Assembly (NCBI GenBank): GCA_918797485.1
Contig: CAKKNE010000002.1
Location: forward strand, 2,108,001-2,172,000
Length of the DNA stretch: 64,000 nucleotides
Source of the DNA: Pelagomonas calceolata
Lineage: Eukaryota
Direction: 5' to 3'
Each line of letters opens with the position of its first letter. Position 1 is the stretch's first letter. The position numbers were made by a program, and so were the translations under genes. This document shows positions 21,201-30,848 of this stretch, piece after piece. The notes under the pieces are model-generated. The model was not told the origin of the DNA. It did not search any database and saw nothing but the letters and a program-made list of their open reading frames with translations.

Positions 21201-24200
21201 AAGGGAGGCGGCGGCTTTGTTGTTGGAACGAGGCGCGGACCCAGAAGCCGTCGATGCCGCGGGCCGGACGCCCCTACTCCTAGCGAGCGGCGAGTGGCCG
21301 CCCTGCGACACGGCCGACTACCTGGTCGAGGCGCCGGCCACACCTAATGACTCGACGCCGACGACGCCGACCGTTTCAAAAAAGAGCGGGCCGCAGGACC
21401 TCTCCGAGCTCATCACGAAGTCCCACTCGAAGCTCGCTTCTCATAATTTGGTGGTCACGGGCGACGACACGAAGCCGGCGGACCATTCGACCTGCGAAGC
21501 GCCCCACGCCGATGCTGTGTTGGAGGCGTTGTTAGTGCGGGCGGCGTCGGTCGACCTTGATAGGAGACACAACCTCAAGGCGAACCGGAAGACGGGCGCG
21601 CCGGCGCGCGTCGCGACGGCCTTGGGCGAGGCCTGCGTGGCCGGGCGCATCGTGGCGGTCAAGGCCTTGTTGAGAGCTGGTGCGGGCCCCGACGCCCCTG
21701 CTGATGGAAGAGACAGAACAGCTTTGGCCCTCGCGGCGATGAGCGGCCGCGCGCAAGTCGCTAGACGATTGTGCGAGGCCGGGGCCGAGCTCGCGCGGGC
21801 GCCCCACGCGGATGGTGGGAGAACAGCTTTACATCACGCCGCGGCGCGGGCGCACCCCGCGGCCGTCGCCGTTTTGTTACGGGCGGGCGCGCCGTCCTTC
21901 GCTAGAGATTTAAGGGGACGCACGCCCTTGGACGGCTGCGGCGTCACGGGCGAGCAGGACGTCGAGGTCATCGTGGCCGGCCCCGAGGCGCCCGAGCGCG
22001 CGGCGCCGGACCCGATGCGGATCCGGTCGGTCGGGTCGGGGGGCGGCGACGATTTGGGACGGCCCTTTGAAGATAGAGCGGCGGCCTGCGCGAATAGATT
22101 ACTAGCGTTGCGCTTCGCCGTCGACTGCGGCGACTTCCGCAAGGTCAGTGATTTGGTGGCGTCGGGCGCGTTTTCCCTGGAACATGGGGCCGGTCCCCGG
22201 GCCCTGGAGAAGGCGGCCAAATTAGGAGACGCCGAGGGCGTGGACATCATTTGCGACGCGTACCCCGGCGGCGCGCCGCCGCCGGCCGTCGCGGCGGCGG
22301 CCTTAGACGCCGCGGCTGCTGGTAGAAGGGCCTACGCGGCGGCGGCGTTATTCAGGAGGGGCTGCCGCCCGGCGGCCGACGGAAAAGCGGCTGCTGCATT
22401 AGCAGCTCTAGCTGTCGACGTGGGCAACGACGAGTTGCTCCGACTAGCGCTGGACGCGGGCGCCGACGCCGCCGCGCCGACGACCGGTTTACCTGTGGAT
22501 GACTCAACACCAAAGTCGAGCTTTCTATCTGAGTTGTCTACCGCCCAGAAGCGCATTCGAGGCGACGAGTCCGAGGAGGAAGTGCCACCTTTATCGGCGG
22601 CGGAGCAGCGCGACTACTATGCTACGGCATTATGGGCGGCGCGGAGCGCGGGCGCGCCGACGTCCGACTTGGTCGGCGATCCAAGGGAGGCGCAGACGCC
22701 CCTCTCTGCTTTATCTAGAGCTGCCGCCGCTCCTAGACCGCGCGGGCCGCGCGCATTAGGTGTTCTACTGGACGGCACGCCGCGCGCCGCGCAAGCTCTG
22801 AGGAGAGCCCTGCGGAACGCGTCCCAGGGGTCAGATGTCTCACCATTACACGCGGCGGCGGCGGCGGACGCCGTGGATGCCCTCGCGACTTTAGTACGGG
22901 CCTGGCGCCGCGAGTGCGCGACGGACCCGGGTCGGGACAATGCCGGGGCGTTCGCCAGGGACGGCGGCAAAAGAACACCGCTGCACGTCGCTTGCGCATT
23001 AGGGGCGTACGACGCCGCCGCGACGTTAGTAGCATTACATGCGGGCGACGAAGCTGCGAGAAAGGCTCTACTCGCAGCCGAGGACGCGCGGGGCCAGAGA
23101 CCCCTACATAGGGCAGCTAGAGCGAACGACGGCGCCGTAGCTTCATTATTACTAGGTGCGGGCGCCGACAGCGAAGCGACGGACGACGCGGGGCGGACAG
23201 CGAGAGACGCGTGTGCTATTGGGGCCGCGTCGGCCGCCCGTCGTTTAGATGCCATGCGCCGCGCGGTGCGGGACGGCGACTTCGACAAGGCGTTAAGGCT
23301 GGTCGCTCGCGGTTGCTTTCCCATCTCCTCGTCCACGAGGGAGGGCGATACGGTGCTGACGCGGGCGGCCGCCGCTGGTAGAGGTGATGTGGTGGATGCC
23401 GCAATAGCTTTAGGAGCCGGCCAAATCGCCGAGTCGACCACCACGATCCCCGAGAACGCCGCGGCGCCCGTCGTTTCGACGGGCGCACTCGTGTCTCCAG
23501 CTAGGCCAGACCGCGTCGGGCCCGAGGTGTTGCAAGCTCTTGGAGCGGCCGCAAAAGCAAGACAACTCCAAGCCGCGGAACGGTTGTTAGCCTCCGATCC
23601 GAACGTGCGGCCGCGCGAGCACGACGCCGCACCTCTATTGAGGGTCGCGGTCGCGAGAAGGCGGCACGCCCTGGCGGAACTACTGTTGGTGCGAGGCGTC
23701 GAGCCGTTGGCGCCGTGCGCGCCGGTGGCACGAGCGCGCGCCGGCGGCGACGTTTTACCAAAAGGCGATTGTAGAGTTGCGGACAACGCAACGAGCCAGA
23801 TCGAGGTGAGTGACCCGGAACCGACGACGCCTTTTTTGGTGGCTGTGGAGTCGGGCGACTTGGCTGCTGTACGAGTGTTCTTAGACCAGCACAACGCCAT
23901 CTTTGACGTCGATCAGGTCGCGAGAGACGGGTCGACAGCTCTCATGACCGCTTTATCCCATGGTCATGTGAGGGTCGCGCACGCTTTAGTGGCTGCGGGC
24001 GCGGACGTCACGGCCACGGACGCGAGGGGCAGAACCGCTTTAGAAAGGGCCTGCTTCGACCACGAGGCCTTGAAGGCTGACTTGCGAACAGTAGCGGCGG
24101 CCTGCGACCGCGCCGACTACCTCGCGCAGAGGAAGGCCGTCAAGGCGGCTCTAGACGAGGACGCGCGCGACTCGGAGATCGAGAGCTCGCAGGAGGAGCC

Positions 24201-25329
24201 GCGCCAGGTGTCCGACGACGAGTCCGGCACCGTTACTCCGGCGACGCCGTCGCGAGGTGGTCGCATTGCTGCTCTAGCGGCGGCCTTCGAGCGCGGTAAA
24301 TCTGGGTCGACGCCGCCGCCGTCGCCCGGGCGAAGGGCGTCCATAACCTCGGACGAGGGGTTGAGCGCGACGGACCGGAGTTTGCTGGATCGGGCCCTGG
24401 TCTTAGCCGTGCGGTTACGGGACGCGGACGCCGTTGATAGATTACTAGCGGCGGGCGCCGACGCTCTTGCCCCCGTCTCGGCGTCGTCGCCGGAGACGGC
24501 GCTCTGGAAGTCGTGTGCTGCGCCCGACCTCGCTACTCTGAGAGCTCTTGTGGCGCACGCGGGCGACGGCTTCGACGTGAACGTGGCCCACGGCGTGGTA
24601 CGGGCGACGCCATTATGTGTCCTGGCGGCGTCGGGCGACGCCGACGCCTGCGCCATCCTGTTAGATGCGGGCGCGGACGCATCAATCAGAGACGCGCGCG
24701 GCCGCGGGCCGCTCTGGCACGCGGCGCACCGGGGCCACGGGAATGTGATTCGGTGCCTCGCGACGCGCCTCGAGAACGAAAGAGGTAGCGATGTCGTGCG
24801 GAGTGTGGTAGATGCGCGGGACTGCGACGGCATCACGCCCCTGCACGCCGCGGCTAGAGTGGGTGCGAGGGCGGCCCTCGCCGCTCTCCTGGAGGCCGGC
24901 GCCGACGCCACGATAAAGTGCGAGCAGGGCCGGACACCTAGGCAGCTCGCTATTTTAGCCCAGCACAAGGACGCGGCGGCGCAGCTCGACGCCATGTCGC
25001 TCGCGATCGTCGATGGCGACTACGCCGAGTGCATCAGACTGGCGCGCAACGGCAACTGGCCCCTGGACTGGACGGCGGGCGCCGACGACGTCGAGGGCTA
25101 CGAGGACGACGACGACGTGGGGGAGGCGCCGGCGCCGGCGCCGGCTCCCCAAACGCCCGAGAAGGACGACGCGCCGGCGCCGCCGACGTACGAGCCGTAC
25201 GTACGCGGCGCCGCGGACGTGGATGACGACGCCGACGCCGGCGGCGACGACGATGCCGACGTGCGGCCGCCGACGCCTCCCGACGACGACGCGGCGCGGT
25301 CGCAGAACTCGCAGGACTTCGCGTACTAG
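18217..25329 (+). CDS. Giant ankyrin-repeat protein with PH-like N-terminus (2370 aa)
   Basis: Dozens of GRTAL/TPLHxAA...LLxAGAD repeats; N-terminal FVLAV...DFLTREAGDAWFDLL resembles a PH domain; acidic tail. Confidence 0.9.
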   Translation: MGRGAGPLLDDDDEDVALRRSGLACVFTREGSMMNNGRWVKVAADLENLTLRLDNRALAGSTRSRSSEVYNKEMQIHRGTKVERAPQPSRPFVLAVSNFKGGKDRRRLLDFLTREAGDAWFDLLYKVATTDLNTLLEPLMEARDKRRDAVQLEEALAARPARVEDALEALRRGRLPADFVARDASGRAVTALLAAARAGRADIVEALVALGARPDGPPLPVVADRRPSSPDRRLERQRSGGSGSGKEVSDAPPPPSSEDGVPTVEETPLLGATRADRHDAAAALLRAGADPTLGDARGAKETPLLCCARRGSAEIARALLRALAGRAAAAADDARRLKLLCHVDRRFGLHPETALEAAAVAGHAAVVVALCAGAECKGENGQVHVCRADATLRNPSGRTAMHLACDRGRATVVAPLAAAGADPDALDPDGLAPLSMAAQHGHVACVAALLQRDATAPLDPQLLQGADAERAGRLVVATDALRVALGADTFDAKGAADLAKAVRAEIKAGELPRTAGAALANFPADVAQAAGRRDSALLRCCDAGDGAGADLWLTLGADVNHADHGIERRTPLMACAARGDTQLASALLATGRCAVDAVDGKGCTALIRAAEASASCRADPVRQAAARRVADLLLEHGADPLAVDAKGRSPLSLAAADARDHRLVARMLAFPKVHADFAHGDDEATVLMLASALPEASSVLRTLLGAPDLAADSGLKNMRGRRKSAATCARADLRRKDARGRTALFYAAEADRAENVELLLSLGRRASSTATDRGDVLDQMLDVDERDAAGQTALRVATAAGARGAVGALLRFGASASDAERAALQSEDDEEQLVKSPGPPLPTIPETAAPIARTLGRFRAAVANGDDNLVLRYVARGNYDVDEPTSAEDGARTALIVACALGNAAGAARLLDAGADANGRDASRRTPLLAAARSGALIDATAKRRGDATDRSLAELLLDAGADATAADGLRRETALHVVCGSMEDILFIGGARRRREAAALLLERGADPEAVDAAGRTPLLLASGEWPPCDTADYLVEAPATPNDSTPTTPTVSKKSGPQDLSELITKSHSKLASHNLVVTGDDTKPADHSTCEAPHADAVLEALLVRAASVDLDRRHNLKANRKTGAPARVATALGEACVAGRIVAVKALLRAGAGPDAPADGRDRTALALAAMSGRAQVARRLCEAGAELARAPHADGGRTALHHAAARAHPAAVAVLLRAGAPSFARDLRGRTPLDGCGVTGEQDVEVIVAGPEAPERAAPDPMRIRSVGSGGGDDLGRPFEDRAAACANRLLALRFAVDCGDFRKVSDLVASGAFSLEHGAGPRALEKAAKLGDAEGVDIICDAYPGGAPPPAVAAAALDAAAAGRRAYAAAALFRRGCRPAADGKAAAALAALAVDVGNDELLRLALDAGADAAAPTTGLPVDDSTPKSSFLSELSTAQKRIRGDESEEEVPPLSAAEQRDYYATALWAARSAGAPTSDLVGDPREAQTPLSALSRAAAAPRPRGPRALGVLLDGTPRAAQALRRALRNASQGSDVSPLHAAAAADAVDALATLVRAWRRECATDPGRDNAGAFARDGGKRTPLHVACALGAYDAAATLVALHAGDEAARKALLAAEDARGQRPLHRAARANDGAVASLLLGAGADSEATDDAGRTARDACAIGAASAARRLDAMRRAVRDGDFDKALRLVARGCFPISSSTREGDTVLTRAAAAGRGDVVDAAIALGAGQIAESTTTIPENAAAPVVSTGALVSPARPDRVGPEVLQALGAAAKARQLQAAERLLASDPNVRPREHDAAPLLRVAVARRRHALAELLLVRGVEPLAPCAPVARARAGGDVLPKGDCRVADNATSQIEVSDPEPTTPFLVAVESGDLAAVRVFLDQHNAIFDVDQVARDGSTALMTALSHGHVRVAHALVAAGADVTATDARGRTALERACFDHEALKADLRTVAAACDRADYLAQRKAVKAALDEDARDSEIESSQEEPRQVSDDESGTVTPATPSRGGRIAALAAAFERGKSGSTPPPSPGRRASITSDEGLSATDRSLLDRALVLAVRLRDADAVDRLLAAGADALAPVSASSPETALWKSCAAPDLATLRALVAHAGDGFDVNVAHGVVRATPLCVLAASGDADACAILLDAGADASIRDARGRGPLWHAAHRGHGNVIRCLATRLENERGSDVVRSVVDARDCDGITPLHAAARVGARAALAALLEAGADATIKCEQGRTPRQLAILAQHKDAAAQLDAMSLAIVDGDYAECIRLARNGNWPLDWTAGADDVEGYEDDDDVGEAPAPAPAPQTPEKDDAPAPPTYEPYVRGAADVDDDADAGGDDDADVRPPTPPDDDAARSQNSQDFAY

Positions 25330-25373
25330 TTGGCAGCTTCTTGGCCGTCGTAAAATCTGGATTTTGCTCATAG

Positions 25374-27050
25374 TTATCCTAGCACCGCCGCAGCCAACGC
25401 CACGAGCAACCGGTCCTGCTGCGCGCCGTCGAGGCCGTGCGCCGCCGCCGCCGCGTCGACGAGCGCGGGCAGATCGTCCCCGTCCGACGCGGCGAGGCGC
25501 ACACGCACAAATCCCAAATCGACGTCGACGTCGCGTTTCGGAGGCGGCGGTCGCGCGCTTAGGACGACCTCCTCTCGCTTCGGAGGAGGTGGAGGCGGTG
25601 GTGGCGGCGGCGGGCGCTCGCTCTGCGGCGGCTTCGCGCGCGCGACCGGCGTGACGGACTCGCGCCGCTTCGCGTTCGGAGTGAAGGTGCACTCGTCAGC
25701 TTCTCGCCGGTTGCGCTCGACGCGCTTCTCCGCGACGATTGATTGGGCCCGCGCCGCCTTGACGCGCGCCGCGTCAGTAAATGAGAGCCCATCAGCGCCG
25801 GCCCGCGCGTTGGCGCGCGCCGCGAGCGCCTCCCGCTGCGCCTTTGGCGTGGCGAACGACGGCGCGAAGGGGAGCACGGTTTCAGCTAGCTTTTCCTGTC
25901 GGCGCGCCTCGGCCCGCGCCTTGGCTAGCGCGGCGCCGTGACGCACGGCCGCAACGGCGAACGCCGCCGCGGGACCCGTCCGCTGCGCGACGAGGCGCCG
26001 CGCCAACGCCGCCGCCGCGACGGTCTCCTTGGCAGCGTCGAGCTCTGCAGCCGCCCAGACCGCCCACGCGGCGCGCTCGCCCCAGGCGCCCTCGTCGTCG
26101 CACGAACCGCCCCCTAAATCTGGTCCCACGGCGCCCCATCTCCGATAGGCCAGACAGAGAAAGGCGACATCGCTCTGCGCCACGATGCCCGCGACCGCCG
26201 CGGCTTCTCCGGCGTCGCCGTCGTCGCGGGCCCGGCACGCCGCGACGAGCGCGCGCTCCAAGGATGCGGCATCGGCGGCGCGGCGCGCGCGCGCGACCCT
26301 CTGGCGCGGCGACGGTTGTTTCGGTGTTGGTGCCATTTTCACCGGCGCGGGCCGGCGCGGCGTCGTCTTCGCGGGCGACAGTCTCGTCGCGGAGGCCTCG
26401 AGCGTCGGCGTCGAGACTGACGTCGGCGACGGGTCGAGCCGCGGGGTCAGCGCTGGCTCGTCGCGCGTCGGCTTGGGCGAGGTCGGTCGCCAGCGCGCCG
26501 TGAGGCGCGGCGTGAAGAGGGGCGCGCCCGCCTCGTCGTGCGTGGCCGCGCGCTTGCGCCTCGCGTCGAGCGCGGCTCGCCGCGACGCGGCGTCGCGGTG
26601 CAGGCGATCCGTCGTCCGCGCCGCCGCGCGGGCTTTGACGGGCTGCGGCGACCGCGCGGGCGGCGCCGGCTCGCCGGAGAAGATGCCGTCGAACTGGCGC
26701 TTCAGCGCTCGCTCGTCGAGCGGCGGCGTCTTGGGCACCGGAACCTCGTCGACGGTCGGCGCGCGGCGCGGTGCGGGCCGCGGCCGCTTGGGCACCGGCG
26801 GCTTGCGCCTCACTACGACCGCGGGTCGCGCGGCCGGCTCGGGTCGGGTCCGCACGCGCGGGACCGGCGGCTTGCGCTGAACCACAACCGCCGGTCGCGT
26901 GGCCGCGGCGGTCCACTTCGGGCCTTCGGCCTCGCGGTCGGGTGGCTTCGCGGCGGTCCAAATGATCCCGCTGCTGCCCTGTTGCGCCTTGGGGTCACTT
27001 TTATGCAGCCCAGATTTGCATTGTTGCGTGTCGTACCAAGACGTGACCAT
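25374..27050 (-). CDS. Hypothetical Pro/Ala-rich protein with FxP repeats
   Basis: 558-aa ORF convergent with the ankyrin gene; PLFTPRL, LPFAPSF and ECTFTPN. Confidence 0.65.
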   Translation of the reverse strand: MVTSWYDTQQCKSGLHKSDPKAQQGSSGIIWTAAKPPDREAEGPKWTAAATRPAVVVQRKPPVPRVRTRPEPAARPAVVVRRKPPVPKRPRPAPRRAPTVDEVPVPKTPPLDERALKRQFDGIFSGEPAPPARSPQPVKARAAARTTDRLHRDAASRRAALDARRKRAATHDEAGAPLFTPRLTARWRPTSPKPTRDEPALTPRLDPSPTSVSTPTLEASATRLSPAKTTPRRPAPVKMAPTPKQPSPRQRVARARRAADAASLERALVAACRARDDGDAGEAAAVAGIVAQSDVAFLCLAYRRWGAVGPDLGGGSCDDEGAWGERAAWAVWAAAELDAAKETVAAAALARRLVAQRTGPAAAFAVAAVRHGAALAKARAEARRQEKLAETVLPFAPSFATPKAQREALAARANARAGADGLSFTDAARVKAARAQSIVAEKRVERNRREADECTFTPNAKRRESVTPVARAKPPQSERPPPPPPPPPPPKREEVVLSARPPPPKRDVDVDLGFVRVRLAASDGDDLPALVDAAAAAHGLDGAQQDRLLVALAAAVLG

Positions 27051-27236
27051 GGCTGAGTCGTTTTGGCTCCTCCCTTTTATCTACACTATCATTGCTCTTG
27101 TAGCGCGCGACGCGCGAGGCTCGTCCAGCGCGCGCGGGCCGCTCTGCGACCCGCGGAATAGCAGCCGTTCAAGGCGACGCAACGAGACGTCGCGCAGCGC
27201 ATACTAGGAATCTTAGACGAAAACACAAAAGCCGCT

Positions 27237-27259
27237 GCTAGCGGCCTGTAAGACACTAG
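27237..27259 (+). promoter_or_regulatory. 24-bp CTAG-bounded motif
   Basis: GCTAGCGGCCTGTAAGACACTAG. Confidence 0.7.
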
Positions 27260-27321
27260 GCAGCCCCTGGCTCGAGCCTGCACAAGCGGTCCGCAGCGCT
27301 GCCGAGAAGTCTTGCAACGGC

Positions 27322-28644
27322 ATGCATGCGCGATGGCTAGCAGCCACACTGGCATGCAGTGCTACCGCACTGGTCGCACCGCGCCCTGCACTGCAGTTAC
27401 GCATGGCTGCAGCATCGGAGGAGCCGCCGCCACAGCCTACACTAGCTGCTGAAACGCTTTCCGGCATCAACGTAGCCTTCTCATTGCTCTCAAAGGCGGT
27501 TGCGTGCAGTGCGATCGTGGGCGTCGACCCGCTGGCGGGCCTCTGGTCATCAGTGGCGCTGGGCGGCGCCAGTCTCGTCGGCGGCATGCGCCCTGGCGTG
27601 ATCGCAGGCTCGGCGGCAGTGGTGGCCGTGCCACTGGGTGCATTTGCAGCGACGCACGGCACGGCATTGGTCCCGCTCGTGGTCTTGCTGGCTGCATTGC
27701 TGGAGGGCATAGCCGGCGCGCTGGGCCTCGCGCGGGCCGTGGATCTCGTTTCTGCCGAGGTCCTCGCCGGCTTCCTCAACGCTCTCGGTGCGGCTCTACT
27801 GATGTCGCAGGTTTCCACACTGGCTGCGTCGCCGTACGCGGCCGGAGTCGCGGGCCTCTGCGTGGTACTCACGCGCCTCCTACCGTCCAAGCCTGTGCCC
27901 TCCTCCCTGATAGGGCTATTCGTCGCTTCCGCGGTCGGCTCCGCATTCGGCCTGGACAGCCTCGCGGCGACGGCGGACCCGGCAGCCTTCGCCGGCGGAC
28001 TCGCAGCGCTCCCGACGCCGCCAGACCTGGCACCGCTCCTGAACGCAGACGCCGTTGCAGTGGCACTCCCAGCGGCGTGCGGGATCGCGTTCATATCCAT
28101 ACTGGAGACTTTACTTGCGGCGCGCGTAGTGGATGATAACAGATGCGAGGAGCTGTGCACGTTCTTTTACGATGAGAATGATGAAATCGTACTCGAGGGT
28201 GGACAAGGACCGCTCGACGTCCCGACGAGTAGTGTCTTGGCCCTGTCGTTAGGCAACGCGGTCTCAGCGGCGACTGGCGGCTTCGGCGGGTGCGGTCTAG
28301 TTCCTCAAACGGTCTTGAATCTACAGTCTGGCGGTGCCGGAACTGCGTCCGTCGCTGCCTACGCGTCGTCGATGGCGCTCTTCGGCCTCGTTTTGGCGCC
28401 GGCCGTCGGACAGATTTCCGCTGCGGCGCTCGCCGGTGTGTTGGTGAGCGTCTCCATCGACACTATACAGTGGCGGCCGACGCTCGAAACAGTGCGTGCG
28501 GCACTTGAGGACGACGACGACGCGCGACGACGACTCGTCGTGCTCGTCGTGACAGCGGTCCTCTGCTACGAGGTCGGCTTCGCCGCCGGAATAGTCGCTG
28601 GTGTGGCGCTGGACAAGGCGCCATCAATGCGACGTGTGTACTAA
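27322..28644 (+). CDS. SLC26/SulP anion (sulfate/bicarbonate) transporter, probably plastid-targeted, no STAS domain
   Basis: AIVGVDPLAGLWSS, GGMRPGVIAG, ISILETLL and GGFGGCGL; bipartite presequence. Confidence 0.85.
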   Translation: MHARWLAATLACSATALVAPRPALQLRMAAASEEPPPQPTLAAETLSGINVAFSLLSKAVACSAIVGVDPLAGLWSSVALGGASLVGGMRPGVIAGSAAVVAVPLGAFAATHGTALVPLVVLLAALLEGIAGALGLARAVDLVSAEVLAGFLNALGAALLMSQVSTLAASPYAAGVAGLCVVLTRLLPSKPVPSSLIGLFVASAVGSAFGLDSLAATADPAAFAGGLAALPTPPDLAPLLNADAVAVALPAACGIAFISILETLLAARVVDDNRCEELCTFFYDENDEIVLEGGQGPLDVPTSSVLALSLGNAVSAATGGFGGCGLVPQTVLNLQSGGAGTASVAAYASSMALFGLVLAPAVGQISAAALAGVLVSVSIDTIQWRPTLETVRAALEDDDDARRRLVVLVVTAVLCYEVGFAAGIVAGVALDKAPSMRRVY

Positions 28645-28663
28645 GTCTATATTGTTGTGCTAT

Positions 28664-30475
28664 TTACGCCTCCGCCGCGTCGAGTTGCCCCCGCGCCCTT
28701 GCAACGAACCCGACGAATTCGGAGTATGACACAGTCGCGCCGTCGGGGTCCTTGGCGAAGGCATCAATAACAACCTTCTCGCACTCGGCCCGCGTCATAT
28801 TCTCAAAGGCCGCTCCCAAGCCCTTCAGGCCCTCCAGTAGTTCGTCGACGGTGAGCTTGCCGCTCTTGGAGACGTCCCAGTTGTCGAACGCCGTCCTTAA
28901 CGGATTGCCGCCGTCCTCGTAGAGTTTTAAAACTTTGCCGACGCGGAGCGAGGCCTCGGACAAGGGTACCGTTTCGGGCGCCTCCTTCGTCTCCTCGTCG
29001 GCCGGCGGCACCCAGCCCGCCGCGGCGAGCTGCTCGCAGCCGCGCCGGGCGAAGGCGAGGAACTCGTCGTACGACACGACGCCGTCTCCATCCAACTCAA
29101 AGTCCTCTATACATTCATCAACATCTTCCGAACTCAAGTCGCCGAAGGTATCACCCAAGCCCTGCAGCGCCGCGTGGAGCTCCGCGACGGCGAGGTGGCC
29201 GTCGTCATTGGTATCGAACTGGCCAAAGGCCTTCTTCAGGTCACCGCCGCCGGACTCAAAGGTCACGAGGAGCTTGGCCAGCTTGAGCGACGTCTTGGCC
29301 TTGAAGGGTTGTAGCTGCGGCGGCGCGGCGGCTGGCTCGGCGGCCGGTTCGGCAGCTTCGGGCGCCGCGGGAGGCGCCTCTGGCTCGGCGGGTGCCTCAG
29401 GCTCGGCGGGCGCGGCCGTTTCGGGCTCGGCCGGTGCCTCCGGCTCGGCAGGCGACGCAGCGGGCGCCTCGGCGGCCGGTTCGGGCTCGGCGGGCGTCTC
29501 GGCCTTGGCCGCGGACACCACGACGCGCGCCGGCTTGGCCGCGGAGACCACGACGCGCGGCGCCGGCGCCGCCGCGGGCGCGTCGTCGGCGTCGTCGTCG
29601 TCGAAGGTCTCGACCGTCACGTCGGCGAGCGCCGCCGGCGCGTTCATCGGCGCCGCGTCCAGGGCCAGGATCCGGCCGTTGCCTCCATTCGCTTTCCACG
29701 CATCTACCAAAACGCGTTCGCCCGCGGAGCCCACGGGGTTGTGGCGCAGGTCGAGGCGCTGAGGGGGCGTTCTCAAAGCCTGTGCCAAGTATTGGGCGCA
29801 GGCGTCGTCGAGGCCGTTGTAGGACAGGTCGACGGAGCGGAAGGCCACGACGGCGTCGAGCAGTTTTCTGCCGTTGACCGAGGTATTACCGTCGAAGCGC
29901 AGGCCGCACGCCGACAGGCCGAGCGTGACCTCGTCATAAGTTGAAAGCGTCTCACACAAATCCGCGAGCGCGGCGACGCCCGCTTTAGGTGGTGTGCTCA
30001 CCAGCGGGTTCTCATCCAACAATAAAGTGAGCTTGCCCGCGCGGCCTCGGAGCGCCTCGGAGAGTGCCCGGACGCCCTCGGGGCCGATGCGATTCCCGCT
30101 CAAATCGATGAGCGTCAAAGGGTTCGCTTCGATGAGCGACGCGAGCCGCGCGCAGCCTCGATCAGCCACGCGGCAGTGCGCGACGGTGAGCTCCCGCAGC
30201 GAAGATGAAGAAGCCAGTTCCGTCGCGACGTGCGACGCTCCTACATTGCCCAACGACGCGGCCTCAATCCTTAACTCCTCGAGCTCGGGCTTGGCCCGCA
30301 GATGGGCTGTTAACGAATCGCTTGGTCCATCGAGACACGCGAGGACGACGGACTTGGGCCCGTCTCTGGCCAACGGTCCACTCGGTGTCGCCGGCTCGTC
30401 GGCCGTTGATGGTGGAGTTTGGATTTCATCGGGCGGCTCGTTGTAGGCTTTTTGCGGGCCGCAGCAGTTGCCCAT
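28664..30475 (-). CDS. Acylated LRR plus EF-hand protein
   Basis: MGNCCG myristoylation/palmitoylation signal; RI-type LRRs (IDLSGNRIGPEG); EF hands DTNDDGHLAVAE, ELDGDGVVSYDE and DVSKSGKLTVDE. Confidence 0.85.
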   Translation of the reverse strand: MGNCCGPQKAYNEPPDEIQTPPSTADEPATPSGPLARDGPKSVVLACLDGPSDSLTAHLRAKPELEELRIEAASLGNVGASHVATELASSSSLRELTVAHCRVADRGCARLASLIEANPLTLIDLSGNRIGPEGVRALSEALRGRAGKLTLLLDENPLVSTPPKAGVAALADLCETLSTYDEVTLGLSACGLRFDGNTSVNGRKLLDAVVAFRSVDLSYNGLDDACAQYLAQALRTPPQRLDLRHNPVGSAGERVLVDAWKANGGNGRILALDAAPMNAPAALADVTVETFDDDDADDAPAAAPAPRVVVSAAKPARVVVSAAKAETPAEPEPAAEAPAASPAEPEAPAEPETAAPAEPEAPAEPEAPPAAPEAAEPAAEPAAAPPQLQPFKAKTSLKLAKLLVTFESGGGDLKKAFGQFDTNDDGHLAVAELHAALQGLGDTFGDLSSEDVDECIEDFELDGDGVVSYDEFLAFARRGCEQLAAAGWVPPADEETKEAPETVPLSEASLRVGKVLKLYEDGGNPLRTAFDNWDVSKSGKLTVDELLEGLKGLGAAFENMTRAECEKVVIDAFAKDPDGATVSYSEFVGFVARARGQLDAAEA

Positions 30476-30848
30476 CCTTGCTTATTTGCACCTGGCAGCC
30501 TTTGTCCAAGACCCTGACGCTGCTGCACGACCGGGGCAGCTCGCCGGCGGTGTAAAAATGGGTCCGGCGACCAGCGCTCCTTCCGGTTCGGTTCGGATCC
30601 GCGCTGTTTTCTCGGGCAGCTAACGAGTTTTGCCGGAGTTTGCTGGGGCCGGCAGAAGCGCAAGAGGAGCGTGGCCACGGGTGCGCAGGCTCGGTGAGGT
30701 GCTTGGTAGCCGTGCGAGAGCTCTGCAAAATAATGCTTTCTAGTATGTCTCTGCAGCTAGCTAGCTCTGCTCTCGGCTTTGGAGCAGCTAGCTAGCCCGC
30801 ACAGCTGCATATTTCCGGCCCGCACGCCATCGCCGAAGAGTTCAACCC

